From the NCBI GenBank assembly GCA_964016885.1, contig OZ024741.1:415896001-415960000 (forward strand): a stretch of 64,000 nucleotides of DNA, written 5' to 3'. A program made the position numbers and the translations under genes. How positions within the stretch are numbered: position 1 is the first letter of the stretch; the number at the start of each line of letters is the position of its first letter. Positions 1 to 16,043 of the stretch are shown here, piece by piece. The notes beneath the pieces are model-generated. The model saw only the letters and a list, made by a program, of their open reading frames with translations. It had not been told where the DNA came from and searched no databases. Source of the stretch: Eledone cirrhosa. Lineage: Eukaryota.

Positions 1-3000
1 TCAGTTATATTAACTGGGGCCTCTGTTATATTAACTGGGGCCTCTGTTATATTAACTGGGGTCTCTGTAATATTAACTGGGGTCTCTGTCATGTTAACTG
101 GGGTATGTTATATTAACTGGGACCTCTGTTATATTAACTGGGGCCTCTATTATAGTAACTGGGGCCTCTGTTATATTAACTGGGGTCTCTGTTATATTAA
201 CTGGGTTCAGTTATATTAACTGGGGCCTCTGTTATATTAACTGGGGCCTCTATTATAGTAACTGGGGCCTCTGTTATATTAACTGGGGTCTCTGTTATAT
301 TAACTGGGGTCTCTGTTATATTAACTGGGGTCTCTATTATATTAACTGGGGTCTCTGTTATATTAACAGGGGTCTCTGTTATATTAACTGGGGTCTCTGT
401 TATATTAACTGGGGTCTCTGTTATATTAACTGGGGTCTCTGTTATATTAACTGGGGTATGTTATATTAACTGGGGTCTCTGTTATATTAACTGGGGTCTC
501 TGTTATATTAACAGAGGTATCGTATATTAACTGGGGTCTCTGTTATATTAACTGGGGCCTCTATTATATTAGCTGGGGCCTCTGTTATATTAACTGGGGT
601 CTCTGTTATATTAACTGAGGTCTCTGTAATATTAACTGGGGCCTCTATTATATTAACTGGGGTCTCTGTTATATTAACTGGGGCCTCTATTATATTAACT
701 GAGGTCTCTGTTATATTAACTGGGGTCTGTTATTAACTGGGGCCTCTATTATATTAACTGAGGTCTCTGTTATATTAACTGAGGTCTGTTATCTTAACTG
801 GGGTCTCTGTTATATTAACTGGGTTCTCTGTTATATTAACTGGGGTCTGTTATTAACTGGGGCCTCTATTATATTAACTGAGGTCTCTGTTATATTAACT
901 GGAGTCTCTGTTATATTAACTGGGTCTCTGTTATATTAAATGGCGTCTGTTATATTAACTGGGGTCTCTGTTATATTAACTGGGGTCTCTGTTATATTAA
1001 CTGAGGTCTCTGTTATATTAACTGGGGTCTCTGTTATATTAACTGGGGCCTCTATTATATTAACTGGGGTCGCTGTTATATTAAATGGGGTCTCTGTTAT
1101 TTTAACTGGGGTCTCTGTTATATTAAATGGAGCCACTATTATATTAACTGGGGCCTCTGTTATATTAACTGGGGTCTCGGTTATATTAACTGGGGTCTCT
1201 GTTATATTAACTAGGGCCTCTATTATATTAACTGGGGCCTCTGTTATATTAACTGGGGTCTCTGTTATATTAACTGGGTTCAGTTATATTAACTGGGGCC
1301 TCTGTTATATTAACTGGGGCCTCTGTTATATTAACTGGGGTCTCTGTTATATTAACTGGGGTCTCTGTCATGTTAACTGAGTATGTTATATTAACTGGGG
1401 CCTCTGTTATATTAACTGGGGCCTCTATTATAGTAACTGGGGCCTCTGTTATATTAACTGGGGTCTCTGTTATATTAACTGGGGTCTCTGTTATATTAAC
1501 TGGGGTCTCTATTATATTAACTAGGGTCTCTGTTATATTAACAGGGGTCTCTGTTATATTAACAGGGGTCTCTGTTATATTAACTGGGGTCTCTGTTATA
1601 TTAACTGGGGTCTGTTATATTAACTGGGGTCTCTGTTATATTAACTGGGGTCTCTGTTATATTAACTGGGGTATGTTATATTAACTGGGGTCTCTGTTAT
1701 ATTAACTGGGGTCTCTGTTATATTAACTGGGGTATCGTATATTAACTGGGGTCTCTGTTATATTAACTGGGGCCTCTATTATATTAGCTGGGGCCACTGT
1801 TATATTAACTGGGGTCTCTGTTATAATAACTGGGTTCAGTTATATTAACTGGGGTCTCTGTTATATTAACTGAGGTCTCTGTAATATTAACTGTGGCCTC
1901 TATTATATTAACTGGGGTCTCTGTTATATTAACTGGGGTCTCTGTTATATTAAATGGCGTCTGTTATATTAACTGGGGTCTCTGTTATATTAACTGAGGT
2001 CTCTGTTATATTAACTGGGGCCTCTGTTATATTAACTGGGGTCTGTTATTAACTGGGGCCTCTATTATATTAACTGAGGTCTCTGTTATAATAACTGTGG
2101 TCTGTTATTAACTGGGGCCTCTATTATATTAACTGAGGTCTCTTTTATATTAACTGGGGTCTGTTATTAACTGGGGCCTCTATTATATTAACTGAGGTCT
2201 CTGTTATATTAACTGGGGTCTGTTATTAACTGGGGCCTCTATTATATTAACTGGGGTCTCTGTTATATTAACTGGGGTCTCTGTTATATTAACTGGGGTC
2301 TATTATATTAACTGGGGTCTCTGTTATATTAAGTGCGGTCTCTTTTATATTAACTGGGGTCTGTTATCTTAACTGAGGTCTCTGTTATATTAACTGGGCT
2401 ATGTTATATTAACTGGGGTCTCTGTTATATTAACTGAGGTCTGTTATCTTAACTGGGGTCTATGTTATATTAACTGGGTTCTCTGTTATATTTTACTGGG
2501 GTCTGTTATTAACTGGGGCCTCTATTATATTAACTGAGGTCTCTGTTATATTAACTGGAGTCTCTGTTATATTAACTGGGTCTCTGTTATATTAAATGGC
2601 GTCTGTTATATTAACTGGGGTCTCTGTTATATTAACTGGGGTCTCTGTTATATTAACTGGGGCCTCTGTTATATTAACTGAGGTCTCTGTTATATTAACT
2701 GGGGTCTCTGTTATATTAACTGGGGCCTATATTATATTAACTGGGGTCGCTGTTATATTAATTGGGGTCTCTGTTATATTAACTGGGGTCTCTGTTATAT
2801 TAAATGGGGCCTCTATTATATTAACTGGGGTCTCTGTTATATTAACTGGGGTCTCTGTTATATTAACTAGGGCCTCTATTATATTAACTGAGGCCTCTGT
2901 TATATTAACTGGGGTCTCTGTTATATTAACTGGGTTCAGTTATATTAACTGGGGCCTCTGTTATATTAACTGGGGCCTCTGTTATATTAACTGGGGTCTC

Positions 3001-3619
3001 TGTAATATTAACTGGGGTCTCTGTCATGTTAACTGGGGTATGTTATATTAACTGGGACCTCTGTTATATTAACTGGGGCCTCTATTATAGTAACTGGGGC
3101 CTCTGTTATATTAACTGGGGTCTCTGTTATATTAACTGGGTTCAGTTATATTAACTGGGGCCTCTGTTATATTAACTGGGGCCTCTATTATAGTAACTGG
3201 GGCCTCTGTTATATTAACTGGGGTCTCTGTTATATTAACTGGGGTCTCTGTTATATTAACTGGGGTCTCTATTATATTAACTGGGGTCTCTGTTATATTA
3301 ACAGGGGTCTCTGTTATATTAACTGGGGTCTCTGTTATATTAACTGGGGTCTCTGTTATATTAACTGGGGTCTCTGTTATATTAACTGGGGTATGTTATA
3401 TTAACTGGGGTCTCTGTTATATTAACTGGGGTCTCTGTTATATTAACAGAGGTATCGTATATTAACTGGGGTCTCTGTTATATTAACTGGGGCCTCTATT
3501 ATATTAGCTGGGGCCTCTGTTATATTAACTGGGGTCTCTCTTATATTAACTGAGGTCTCTGTAATATTAACTGGGGCCTCTATTATATTAACTGGGGTCT
3601 CTGTTATATTAACTGGGGC

Positions 3620-3850
3620 CTCTATTATATTAACTGAGGTCTCTGTTATATTAACTGGGGTCTGTTATTAACTGGGGCCTCTATTATATTAACTGAGGTC
3701 TCTGTTATATTAACTGGGGTCTGTTATTAACTGGGGCCTCTATTATATTAACTGAGGTCTCTGTTATATTAACTGGGGTCTGTTATTAACTGGGGCCTCT
3801 ATTATATTAAATGAGGTCTCTGTTATATTAACTGGGGTCTGTTATTAACT
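3620..3850. repeat. 59-bp trimeric sub-repeat (17+21+21 bp: GGGGTCTGTTATTAACT-GGGGCCTCTATTATATTAACT-GAGGTCTCTGTTATATTAACT), 2-4 tandem copies in most HOR units; example block
   Basis: Lines 3661, 3721 and 3781 repeat with a 1-nt shift per 60 nt, which gives a period of 59. The same block occurs at about 2040-2250, 26200-26400, 29130-29370, 33940-34180, 36115-36350, 39830-40070, 42030-42260 and 45725-45960. Confidence 0.92.
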
Positions 3851-6800
3851 GGGGTCTCTATTATATTATCTGGGGTCTCTGTTATATTAACTGGGGTCTC
3901 TGTTATATTAACTGGGGTCTGTTATATTAACTGGGGTCTCTGTTATATTAACTGGTGTCTCTGTTATATTAACTGGGGTCTGTTATCTTAACTGAGGTCT
4001 CTGTTATATTAACTGGGCTCTGTTATATTAACTGGTGTCTCTGTTATATTAACTGAGGTCTGTTATCTTAACTGGGGTCTCTGTTATATTAACTGGGTTC
4101 TCTGTTATATTAACTGGGGTCTGTTATTAACTGGGGCCTCTATTATATTAACTGAGGTCTCTGTTATATTAACTGGAGTCTCTGTTATATTAACTGGGTC
4201 TGTGTTATATTAAATGGCGTCTGTTATATTAACTGGGGTCTCTGTTATATTAACTGGGGTCTCTGTTATATTAACTGAGGTCTCTGTTATATTAACTGGG
4301 GTCTCTGTTATATTAACTGGGGCCTCTATTATATTAACTGGGGTCGCTGTTATATTAAATGGGGTCTCTGTTATATTAACTGGGGTCTCTGTTATATTAA
4401 ATGAGGCCTCTATTATATTAACTGGGGCCTCTGTTATATTAACTGGGGTCTCTGTTATATTAACTGGGGTCTCTGTTATATTAACTGGGTTCAGTTATAT
4501 TAACTGGGGCCTCTGTTATATTAACTGGGGCCTCTGTTATATTAACTGGAGTCTCTGTTATATTAACTGGGGTCTCTGTCATGTTAACTGGGGTATGTTA
4601 TATTAACTGGGGCCTCTGTTATATTAATTGGGGCCTCTATTATAGTAACTGGGGCCTCTGTTATATTAACTGGGGTCTCTGTTATATTAACTGGGGTCTC
4701 TGTTATATTAACTGGGGTCTCTGTTATATTAACTGGGGTCTGTTATATTAACTGGGGTCTCTGTTATATTAACTGGGGTCTCTGTTATATTAACTGGGGT
4801 ATGTTATATTAACTGGGGTTTCTGTTATATTAACTGGGGTCTCTGTTATATTAACTGGGATATCGTATATTAACTGGGGTCTCTGTTATATTAACTGGGG
4901 CCTCTATTATATTAGCTGGGGCCACTGTTATGTTAACTGGGGTCCTGTTATAATAACTGGGTTCAGTTATATTAACTGGGGTCTCTGTTATATTAACTGA
5001 GGTCTCTGTAATATTAACTGGGGCCTCTATTATATTAACTGGGGTCTCTGTTATATTAACAGGGGTCTCTGTTATATTAACAGGGGTCTCTGTTATATTA
5101 ACTGGGGTCTCTGTTATATTAACTGGGGTCTGTTATATTAACTGGGGTCTCTGTTATATTAACTGGGGTCTCTGTTATATTAACTGGAGTATGTTATATT
5201 AACTGAGGTCTCTGTTATATTAACTGGGGTCTGTTATTAACTGGGGCCTCTATTATATTAACTGAGGTCTCTGTTATATTAACTGGGGTCTGTTATTAAC
5301 TGGGGCCTCTATTATATTAACTGAGGCCTCTGTTATATTAACTGGGGTCTGTTATTAACTGGGGTCTCTATTATATTAACTGGGGTCTCTGTTATATTAA
5401 CTGGGGTCTCTGTTATATTAACTGGGGTCTGTTATATTAACTGGGGTCTCTGTTATATTAACTGCTGTCTCTGTTATATTAACTGGGGTCTGTTATCTTA
5501 ACTGAGGTCTCTGTTATATTAACAGGGCTCTGTTATATTAACTGGTGTCTCTGTTATATTAACTGAGGTCTGTTATCTTAACTGGGGTCTCTGTTATATT
5601 AACTGGGTTCTCTGTTATATTAACTGGGGCCTCTATTATATTAACTGAGGTCTCTGTTATATTAACTGGAGTCTCTGTTATATTAACTGGGTCTCTGTTA
5701 TATTAAATGGCGTCTGTTATATTAACTGGGGTCTCTGTTATATTAACTGGGGTCTCTGTTATATTAACTGAGGTCTCTGTTATATTAACTGGGGTCTCTG
5801 TTATATTAACTGGGGCCTCTATTATATTAACTGGGGTCGCTGTTATATTAAATGGGGTCTCTGTTATATTAACTGGGGTCTCTGTTATATTAAATGGAGC
5901 CACTATTATATTAACTGGGGCCTCTGTTATATTAACTGGGGTCTCTGTTATATTAACTGGGGTCTCTGTTATATTAACTAGGGCCTCTATTATATTAACT
6001 GGGGCCTCTGTTATATTAACTGGGGTCTCTGTTATATTAACTGGGTTCAGTTATATTAACTGGGGCCTCTGTTATATTAACTGGGGCCTCTGTTATATTA
6101 ACTGGAGTCTCTGTTATATTAACTGGGGTCTCTGTCATGTTAACTGGGGTATGTTATATTAACTGGGGCCTCTGTTATATTAATTGGGGCCTCTATTATA
6201 GTAACTGGGGCCTCTGTTATATTAACTGGGGTCTCTGTTATATTAACTGGGGTCTCTGTTATATTAACTGGGGTCTCTGTTATATTAACTGGGGTCTGTT
6301 ATATTAACTGGGGTCTCTGTTATATTAACTGGGGTCTCTGTTATATTAACTGGGGTATGTTATATTAACTGGGGTTTCTGTTATATTAACTGGGGTCTCT
6401 GTTATATTAACTGGGATATCGTATATTAACTGGGGTCTCTGTTATATTAACTGGGGCCTCTATTATATTAGCTGGGGCCACTGTTATGTTAACTGGGGTC
6501 TCTGTTATAATAACTGGGTTCAGTTATATTAACTGGGGTCTCTGTTATATTAACTGAGGTCTCTGTAATATTAACTGGGGCCTCTATTATATTAACTGGG
6601 GTCTCTGTTATATTAACAGGGGTCTCTGTTATATTAACAGGGGTCTCTGTTATATTAACTGGGGTCTCTGTTATATTAACTGGGGTCTGTTATATTAACT
6701 GGGGTCTCTGTTATATTAACTGGGGTCTCTGTTATATTAACTGGAGTATGTTATATTAACTGAGGTCTCTGTTATATTAACTGGGGTCTGTTATTAACTG

Positions 6801-7280
6801 GGGCCTCTATTATATTAACTGAGGTCTCTGTTATATTAACTGGGGTCTGTTATTAACTGGGGCCTCTATTATATTAACTGAGGCCTCTGTTATATTAACT
6901 GGGGTCTGTTATTAACTGGGGTCTCTATTATATTAACTGGGGTCTCTGTTATATTAACTGGGGTCTCTGTTATATTAACTGGGGTCTGTTATATTAACTG
7001 GGGTCTCTGTTATATTAACTGCTGTCTCTGTTATATTAACTGGGGTCTGTTATCTTAACTGAGGTCTCTGTTATATTAACAGGGCTCTGTTATATTAACT
7101 GGTGTCTCTGTTATATTAACTGAGGTCTGTTATCTTAACTGGGGTCTCTGTTATATTAACTGGGTTCTCTGTTATATTAACTGGGGTCTGTTATTAACTG
7201 GGGCCTCTATTATATTAACTAAGGTCTCTGTTATATTAACTGGAGTCTCTGTTATATTAACTGGGTCTCTGTTATATTAA

Positions 7281-10200
7281 ATGGCGTCTGTTATATTAAC
7301 TGGGGTCTCTGTTATATTAACTGGGGTCTCTGTTATATTAACTGAGGTCTCTGTTATATTAACTGGGGTCTCTGTTATATTAACTGGGGCCTCTATTATA
7401 TTAACTGGGGTCGCTGTTATATTAAATGGGGTCTCTGTTATATTAACTGGGGTCTCTGTTATATTAAATGGTGCCACTATTATATTAACTGGGGCCTCTG
7501 TTATATTAACTGGGGTCTCTGTTATATTAACTGGGGTCTCTGTTATATTAACTAGGGCCTCTATTATATTAACTGGGGCCTCTGTTATATTAACTGGGGT
7601 CTCTGTTATATTAACTGGGTTCAGTTATATTAACTGGGGCCTCTGTTATATTAACTCGGGCCTCTGTTATATTAACTGGGGTCTCTGTTATATTAACTGG
7701 GGTCTCTGTCATGTTAACTGAGTATGTTATATTAACAGGGGCCTCTGTTATATTAACTGGGGCCTCTATTATAGTAACTGGGGCCTCTGTTATATTAACT
7801 GGGGTCTCTGTTATATTAACTGTGTTCTCTGTTATATTAACTGGGGTCTCTATTATATTAACTGGGGTCTCTGTTATATTAACAGGGATCTCTGTTATAT
7901 TAACAGGGGTCTCTGTTATATTAACTGGGGTCTCTGTTATATTAACTGGGGTCTGTTATATTAACTGGGGTCTCTGTTATATTAACTGGGGTCTCTGTTA
8001 TATTAACTGGGGTATGTTATATTAACTGGGGTCTCTGTTATATTAACTGGGGTCTCTGTTATATTATCTGGGGTATCGTATATTAACTGGGGTCTCTGTT
8101 ATATTAACTGGGGCCTCTATTATATTAGCTGGGGCCACTGTTATATTAACTGGGGTCTCTGTTATATTAACTGGGGTCTCTGTTATATTAACTGGAGTAT
8201 GTTATATTAACTGAGGTCTCTGTTATATTAACTGGGGTCTGTTATTAACTGGGGCCTCTATTATATTAACTGAGGTCTCTGTTATATTAACTGGGGTCTG
8301 TTATTAACTGGGGCCTCTATTATATTAACTGAGGCCTCTGTTATATTAACTGGGGTCTGTTATTAACTGGGGTCACTATTATATTAACTGGTGTCTCTGT
8401 TATATTAACTGGGGTCTCTGTTATATTAACTGGGGTCTGTTATATTAACTGGGGTCTCTGTTATATTAACTGCTGTCTCTGTTATATTAACTTGGGTCTG
8501 TTATCTTAACTGAGGTCTCTGTTATATTAACAGGGCTCTGTTATATTAACTGGTGTCTCTGTTATATTAACTGAGGTCTGTTATCTTAACTGGGGTCTCT
8601 GTTATATTAACTGGGTTCTCTGTTATATTAACTGGGGTCTGTTATTAACTGGGGCCTCTATTATATTAACTGAGGTCTCTGTTATATTAACTGGAGTCTC
8701 TGTTATATTAACTGGGTCTCTGTTATATTAAATGGCGTCTCTGTTATATTAACAGGGGTCTCTGTTATATTAACAGGGGTCTCTGTTATATTAACTGGGG
8801 TCTCTGTTATATTAACTGGGGGCTGTTATATTAACTGGGGTCTCTGTTATATTAACTGGGGTCTCTGTTATATTAACTGGGGTATGTTATATTAACTGGG
8901 GTCTCTGTTATATTAACTGGGGTCTCTGTTATATTATCTGGGGTATCGTATATTAACTGGGGTCTCTGTTATATTAACTGGGGCCTCTATTATATTAGCT
9001 GGGGCCACTGTTATATTAACTGGGGTCTCTGTTATAATAACTGGGTTCAGTTATATTAACTGGGGTCTCTGTTATATTAACTGAGGTCTCTGTAATATTA
9101 ACTGGGGTCTCTGTTATATTAACTGAGGTCTCTGTTATATTAACTGGGGCCTCTGTTATATTAACTGGGGTCTGTTATTAACTGGGGCCTCTATTATATT
9201 AACTGAGGTCTCTGTTATAATAACTGTGGTCTGTTATTAACTGGGGCCTCTATTATATTAACTGAGGTCTCTTTTGTATTAACTGGGGTCTGTTATTAAC
9301 TGGGGCCTCTATTATATTAACTGAGGTCTCTGTTATATTAACTGGGGTCTGTTATTAACTGGGGTCTCTATTATATTAACTGGGGTCTCTGTTATATTAA
9401 CTGGGGTCTCTGTTATATTAACTGGGGTCTCTGTTATATTAACTGGGGTCTGTTATATTAACTGGGGTCTCTGTTATATTAACTGCTGTCTCTGTTATAT
9501 TAACTGGGGTCTGTTATCTTAACTGAGGTCTCTGTTATATTAACAGGGCTCTGTTATATTAACTGGTGTCTCTGTTATATTAACTGAGGTCTGTTATCTT
9601 AACTGGGGTCTCTGTTATATTAACTGGGTTCTCTGTTATATTAACTGGGGTCTGTTATTAACTGGGGCCTCTATTATATTAACTGAGGTCTCTGTTATAT
9701 TAACTGGAGTCTCTGTTATATTAACTGGGTCTCTGTTATATTAAATGGCGTCTGTTATATTAACTGGGGTCTCTGTTATATTAACTGGGGTCTCTGTTAT
9801 ATTAACTGAGGTCTCTGTTATATTAACTGGGGTCTCTGTTATATTAACTGGGGCCTCTATTATATTAACTGGGGTCGCTGTTATATTAAATGGGGTCTCT
9901 GTTATATTAACTGGGGTCTCTGTTATATTAACTAGGGCCTCTATTATATTAACTGGGGCCTCTGTTATATTAACTGGGGTCTCTGTTATATTAACTGGGT
10001 TCAGTTATATTAACTGGGGCCTCTGTTATATTAACTGGGGCCTCTGTTATATTAACTGGGGTCTCTGTTATATTAACTGGGGTCTCTGTCATGTTAACTG
10101 AGTATGTTATATTAACAGGGGCCTCTGTTATATTAACTGGGGCCTCTATTATAGTAACTGGGGCCTCTGTTATATTAACTGGGGTCTCTGTTATATTAAC

Positions 10201-12104
10201 TGTGTTCTCTGTTATATTAACTGGGGTCTCTATTATATTAACTGGGGTCTCTGTTATATTAACAGGGATCTCTGTTATATTAACAGGGGTCTCTGTTATA
10301 TTAACTGGGGTCTCTGTTATATTAACTGGGGTCTGTTATATTAACTGGGGTCTCTGTTATATTAACTGGGGTCTCTGTTATATTAACTGGGGTATGTTAT
10401 ATTAACTGGGGTCTCTGTTATATTAACTGGGGTCTCTGTTATATTATCTGGGGTATCGTATATTAACTGGGGTCTCTGTTATATTAACTGGGGCCTCTAT
10501 TATATTAGCTGGGGCCACTGTTATATTAACTGGGGTCTCTGTTATATTAACTGGGGTCTCTGTTATATTAACTGGAGTATGTTATATTAACTGAGGTCTC
10601 TGTTATATTAACTGGGGTCTGTTATTAACTGGGGCCTCTATTATATTAACTGAGGTCTCTGTTATATTAACTGGGGTCTGTTATTAACTGGGGCCTCTAT
10701 TATATTAACTGAGGCCTCTGTTATATTAACTGGGGTCTGTTATTAACTGGGGTCACTATTATATTAACTGGTGTCTCTGTTATATTAACTGGGGTCTCTG
10801 TTATATTAACTGGGGTCTGTTATATTAACTGGGGTCTCTGTTATATTAACTGCTGTCTCTGTTATATTAACTTGGGTCTGTTATCTTAACTGAGGTCTCT
10901 GTTATATTAACAGGGCTCTGTTATATTAACTGGTGTCTCTGTTATATTAACTGAGGTCTGTTATCTTAACTGGGGTCTCTGTTATATTAACTGGGTTCTC
11001 TGTTATATTAACTGGGGTATGTTATTAACTGGGGCCTCTATTATATTAACTGAGGTCTCTGTTATATTAACTGGAGTCTCTGTTATATTAACTGGGTCTC
11101 TGTTATATTAAATGGCGTCTCTGTTATATTAACAGGGGTCTCTGTTATATTAACAGGGGTCTCTGTTATATTAACTGGGGTCTCTGTTATATTAACTGGG
11201 GGCTGTTATATTAACTGGGGTCTCTGTTATATTAACTGGGGTCTCTGTTATATTAACTGGGGTATGTTATATTAACTGGGGTCTCTGTTATATTAACTGG
11301 GGTCTCTGTTATATTATCTGGGGTATCGTATATTAACTGGGGTCTCTGTTATATTAACTGGGGCCTCTATTATATTAGCTGGGGCCACTGTTATATTAAC
11401 TGGGGTCTCTGTTATAATAACTGGGTTCAGTTATATTAACTGGGGTCTCTGTTATATTAACTGAGGTCTCTGTAATATTAACTGGGGTCTCTGTTATATT
11501 AACTGAGGTCTCTGTTATATTAACTGGGGCCTCTGTTATATTAACTGGGGTCTGTTATTAACTGGGGCCTCTATTATATTAACTGAGGTCTCTGTTATAA
11601 TAACTGTGGTCTGTTATTAACTGGGGCCTCTATTATATTAACTGAGGTCTCTTTTATATTAACTGGGGTCTGTTATTAACTGGGGCCTCTATTATATTAA
11701 CTGAGGTCTCTGTTATATTAACTGGGGTCTGTTATTAACTGGGGCCTCTATTATATTAACTGGGGTCTCTGTTATATTAACTGGGGTCTCTGTTATATTA
11801 ACTGGGGTCTATTATATTAACTGGGGTCTCTGTTATATTAAGTGGGGTCTCTTTTATATTAACTGGGGTCTGTTATCTTAACTGAGGTCTCTGTTATATT
11901 AACTGGGCTATGTTATATTAACTGGGGTCTCTGTTATATTAACTGAGGTCTGTTATCTTAACTGGGGTCTCTGTTATATTAACTGGGTTCTCTGTTATAT
12001 TTTACTGGGGTCTGTTATTAACTGGGGCCTCTATTATATTAACTGAGGTCTCTGTTATATTAACTGGAGTCTCTGTTATATTAACTGGGTCTCTGTTATA
12101 TTAA
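7281..12104. repeat. Nested ~2.4-kb tandem duplication inside the first 8.8-kb copy
   Basis: Private markers TGTGTTCTC (7821/10201), ACAGGGATC (7882/10262), GGTCACTATT (8371/10751) and GGGGGCTGTT (8818/11198) are all offset by 2380 bp. Confidence 0.88.
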
Positions 12105-15100
12105 ATGGCGTCTGTTATATTAACTGGGGTCTCTGTTATATTAACTGGGGTCTCTGTTATATTAACTGGGGCCTCTGTTATATTAACTGAGGTCTCTGTT
12201 ATATTAACTGGGGTCTCTGTTATATTAACTGGGGCCTATATTATATTAACTGGGGTCGCTGTTATATTAATTGGGGTCTCTGTTATATTAACTGGGGTCT
12301 CTGTTATATTAAATGGGGCTTCTATTATATTAACTGAGGCCTCTGTTATATTAACTGGGGTCTCTGTTATATTAACTGGGGTCTCTGTTATATTAACTAG
12401 GGCCTCTATTATATTAACTGAGGCCTCTGTTATATTAACTGGGGTCTCTGTTATATTAACTTGGTTCAGTTATATTAACTGGGGCCTCTGTTATATTAAC
12501 TGGGGCCTCTGTTATATTAACTGGGGTCTCTGTAATATTAACTGGGGTCTCTGTCATGTTAACTGGGGTATGTTATATTAACTGGGACCTCTGTTATATT
12601 AACTGGGGCCTCTATTATAGTAACTGGGGCCTCTGTTATATTAACTGGGGTCTCTGTTATATTAACTGGGTTCAGTTATATTAACTGGGGCCTCTGTTAT
12701 ATTAACTGGGGCCTCTATTATAGTAACTGGGGCCTCTGTTATATTAACTGGGGTCTCTGTTATATTAACTGGGGTCTCTGTTATATTAACTGGGGTCTCT
12801 ATTATATTAACTGGGGTCTCTGTTATATTAACAGGGGTCTCTGTTATATTAACTGGGGTCTCTGTTATATTAACTGGGGTCTCTGTTATATTAACTGGGG
12901 TATGTTATATTAACTGGGGTCTCTGTTATATTAACTGGGGTCTCTGTTATATTAACAGAGGTATCGTATATTAACTGGGGTCTCTGTTATATTAACTGGG
13001 GCCTCTATTATATTAGCTGGGGCCTCTGTTATATTAACTGAGGTCTCTGTAATATTAACTGGGGCCTCTATTATATTAACTGGGGTCTGTTATATTAACT
13101 GGGGCCTCTATTATATTAACTGAGGTCTCTGTTATATTAACTGGGGTCTGTTATTAACTGGGGCCTCTATTATATTAACTGAGGTCTCTGTTATATTAAC
13201 TGGGGTCTGTTATTAACTGGGGTCTCTATTATATTAACTGGGGTCTCTGTTATATTAACTGGGGTCTCTGTTATATTAACTGGGGTCTGTTATATTAACT
13301 GGGGTCTCTGTTATATTAACTGGTGTCTCTGTTATATTAACTGGGGTCTGTTATCTTAACTGAGGTCTCTGTTATATTAACTGGGCTCTGTTATATTAAC
13401 TGGTGTCTCTGTTATATTAACTGAGGTCTGTTATCTTAACTGGGGTCTCTGTTATATTAACTGGGTTCTCTGTTATATTAACTGGGGTCTGTTATTAACT
13501 GGGGCCTCTATTATATTAACTGGGGTCTCTGTTATATTAACTGGGGTATGTTATATTAACTGGGGTTTCTGTTATATTAACTGGGGTCTCTGTTATATTA
13601 ACTGGGATATCGTATATTAACTGGGGTCTCTGTTATATTAACTGGGGCCTCTATTATATTAGCTGGGGCCACTGTTATGTTAACTGGGGTCTCTGTTATA
13701 ATAACTGGGTTCAGTTATATTAACTGGGGTCTCTGTTATATTAACTGAGGTCTCTGTAATATTAACTGGGGCCTCTATTATATTAACTGGGGTCTCTGTT
13801 ATATTAACAGGGGTCTCTGTTATATTAACAGGGGTCTCTGTTATATTAACTGGGGTCTCTGTTATATTAACTGGGGTCTGTTATATTAACTGGGGTCTCT
13901 GTTATATTAACTGGGGTCTCTGTTATATTAACTGGAGTATGTTATATTAACTGAGGTCTCTGTTATATTAACTGGGGTCTGTTATTAACTGGGGCCTCTA
14001 TTATATTAACTGAGGTCTCTGTTATATTAACTGGGGTCTGTTATTAACTGGGGCCTCTATTATATTAACTGAGGCCTCTGTTATATTAACTGGGGTCTGT
14101 TATTAACTGGGGTCTCTATTATATTAACTGGGGTCTGTGTTATATTAACTGGGGTCTCTGTTATATTAACTGGGGTCTGTTATATTAACTGGGGTCTCTG
14201 TTATATTAACTGCTGTCTCTGTTATATTAACTGGGGTCTGTTATCTTAACTGAGGTCTCTGTTATATTAACAGGGCTCTGTTATATTAACTGGTGTCTCT
14301 GTTATATTAACTGAGGTCTGTTATCTTAACTGGGGTCTCTGTTATATTAACTGGGTTCTCTGTTATATTAACTGGGGTCTGTTATTAACTGGGGCCTCTA
14401 TTATATTAACTGAGGTCTCTGTTATATTAACTGGAGTCTCTGTTATATTAACTGGGTCTCTGTTATATTAAATGGCGTCTGTTATATTAACTGGGGTCTC
14501 TGTTATATTAACTGGGGTCTCTGTTATATTAACTGAGGTCTCTGTTATATTAACTGGGGTCTCTGTTATATTAACTGGGGCCTCTATTATATTAACTGGG
14601 GTCGCTGTTATATTAAATGGGGTCTCTGTTATATTAACTGGGGTCTCTGTTATATTAAATGGAGCCACTATTATATTAACTGGGGCCTCTGTTATATAAA
14701 CTGGGGTCTCTGTTATATTAACTGGGGTCTCTGTTATATTAACTAGGGCCTCTATTATATTAACTGGGGCCTCTGTTATATTAACTGGGGTCTCTGTTAT
14801 ATTAACTGGGTTCAGTTATATTAACTGGGGCCTCTGTTATATTAACTGGGGCCTCTGTTATATTAACTGGAGTCTCTGTTATATTAACTGGGGTCTCTGT
14901 CATGTTAACTGGGGTATGTTATATTAACTGGGGCCTCTGTTATATTAATTGGGGCCTCTATTATAGTAACTGGGGCCTCTGTTATATTAACTGGGGTCTC
15001 TGTTATATTAACTGGGGTCTCTGTTATATTAACTGGGGTCTCTGTTATATTAACTGGGGTCTGTTATATTAACTGGGGTCTCTGTTATATTAACTGGGGT

Positions 15101-16043
15101 CTCTGTTATATTAACTGGGGTATGTTATATTAACTGGGGTTTCTGTTATATTAACTGGGGTCTCTGTTATATTAACTGGGATATCGTATATTAACTGGGG
15201 TCTCTGTTATATTAACTGGGGCCTCTATTATATTAGCTGGGGCCACTTATGTTAACTGGGGTCTCTGTTATAATAACTGGGTTCAGTTATATTAACTGGG
15301 GTCTCTGTTATATTAACTGAGGTCTCTGTAATATTAACTGGGGCCTCTATTATATTAACTGGGGTCTCTGTTATATTAACAGGGGTCTCTGTTATATTAA
15401 CAGGGGTCTCTGTTATATTAACTGGGGTCTCTGTTATATTAACTGGGGTCTGTTATATTAACTGGGGTCTCTGTTATATTAACTGGGGTCTCTGTTATAT
15501 TAACTGGAGTATGTTATATTAACTGAGGTCTCTGTTATATTAACTGGGGTCTGTTATTAACTGGGGCCTCTATTATATTAACTGAGGTCTCTGTTATATT
15601 AACTGGGGTCTGTTATTAACTGGGGCCTCTATTATATTAACTGAGGCCTCTGTTATATTAACTGGGGTCTGTTATTAACTGGGGTCTCTATTATATTAAC
15701 TGGGGTCTCTGTTATATTAACTGGGGTCTCTGTTATATTAACTGGGGTCTGTTATATTAACTGGGGTCTCTGTTATATTAACTGCTGTCTCTGTTATATT
15801 AACTGGGGTCTGTTATCTTAACTGAGGTCTCTGTTATATTAACAGGGCTCTGTTATATTAACTGGTGTCTCTGTTATATTAACTGAGGTCTGTTATCTTA
15901 ACTGGGGTCTCTGTTATATTAACTGGGTTCTCTGTTATATTAACTGGGGTCTGTTATTAACTGGGGCCTCTATTATATTAACTGAGGTCTCTGTTATATT
16001 AACTGGAGTCTCTGTTATATTAACTGGGTCTCTGTTATATTAA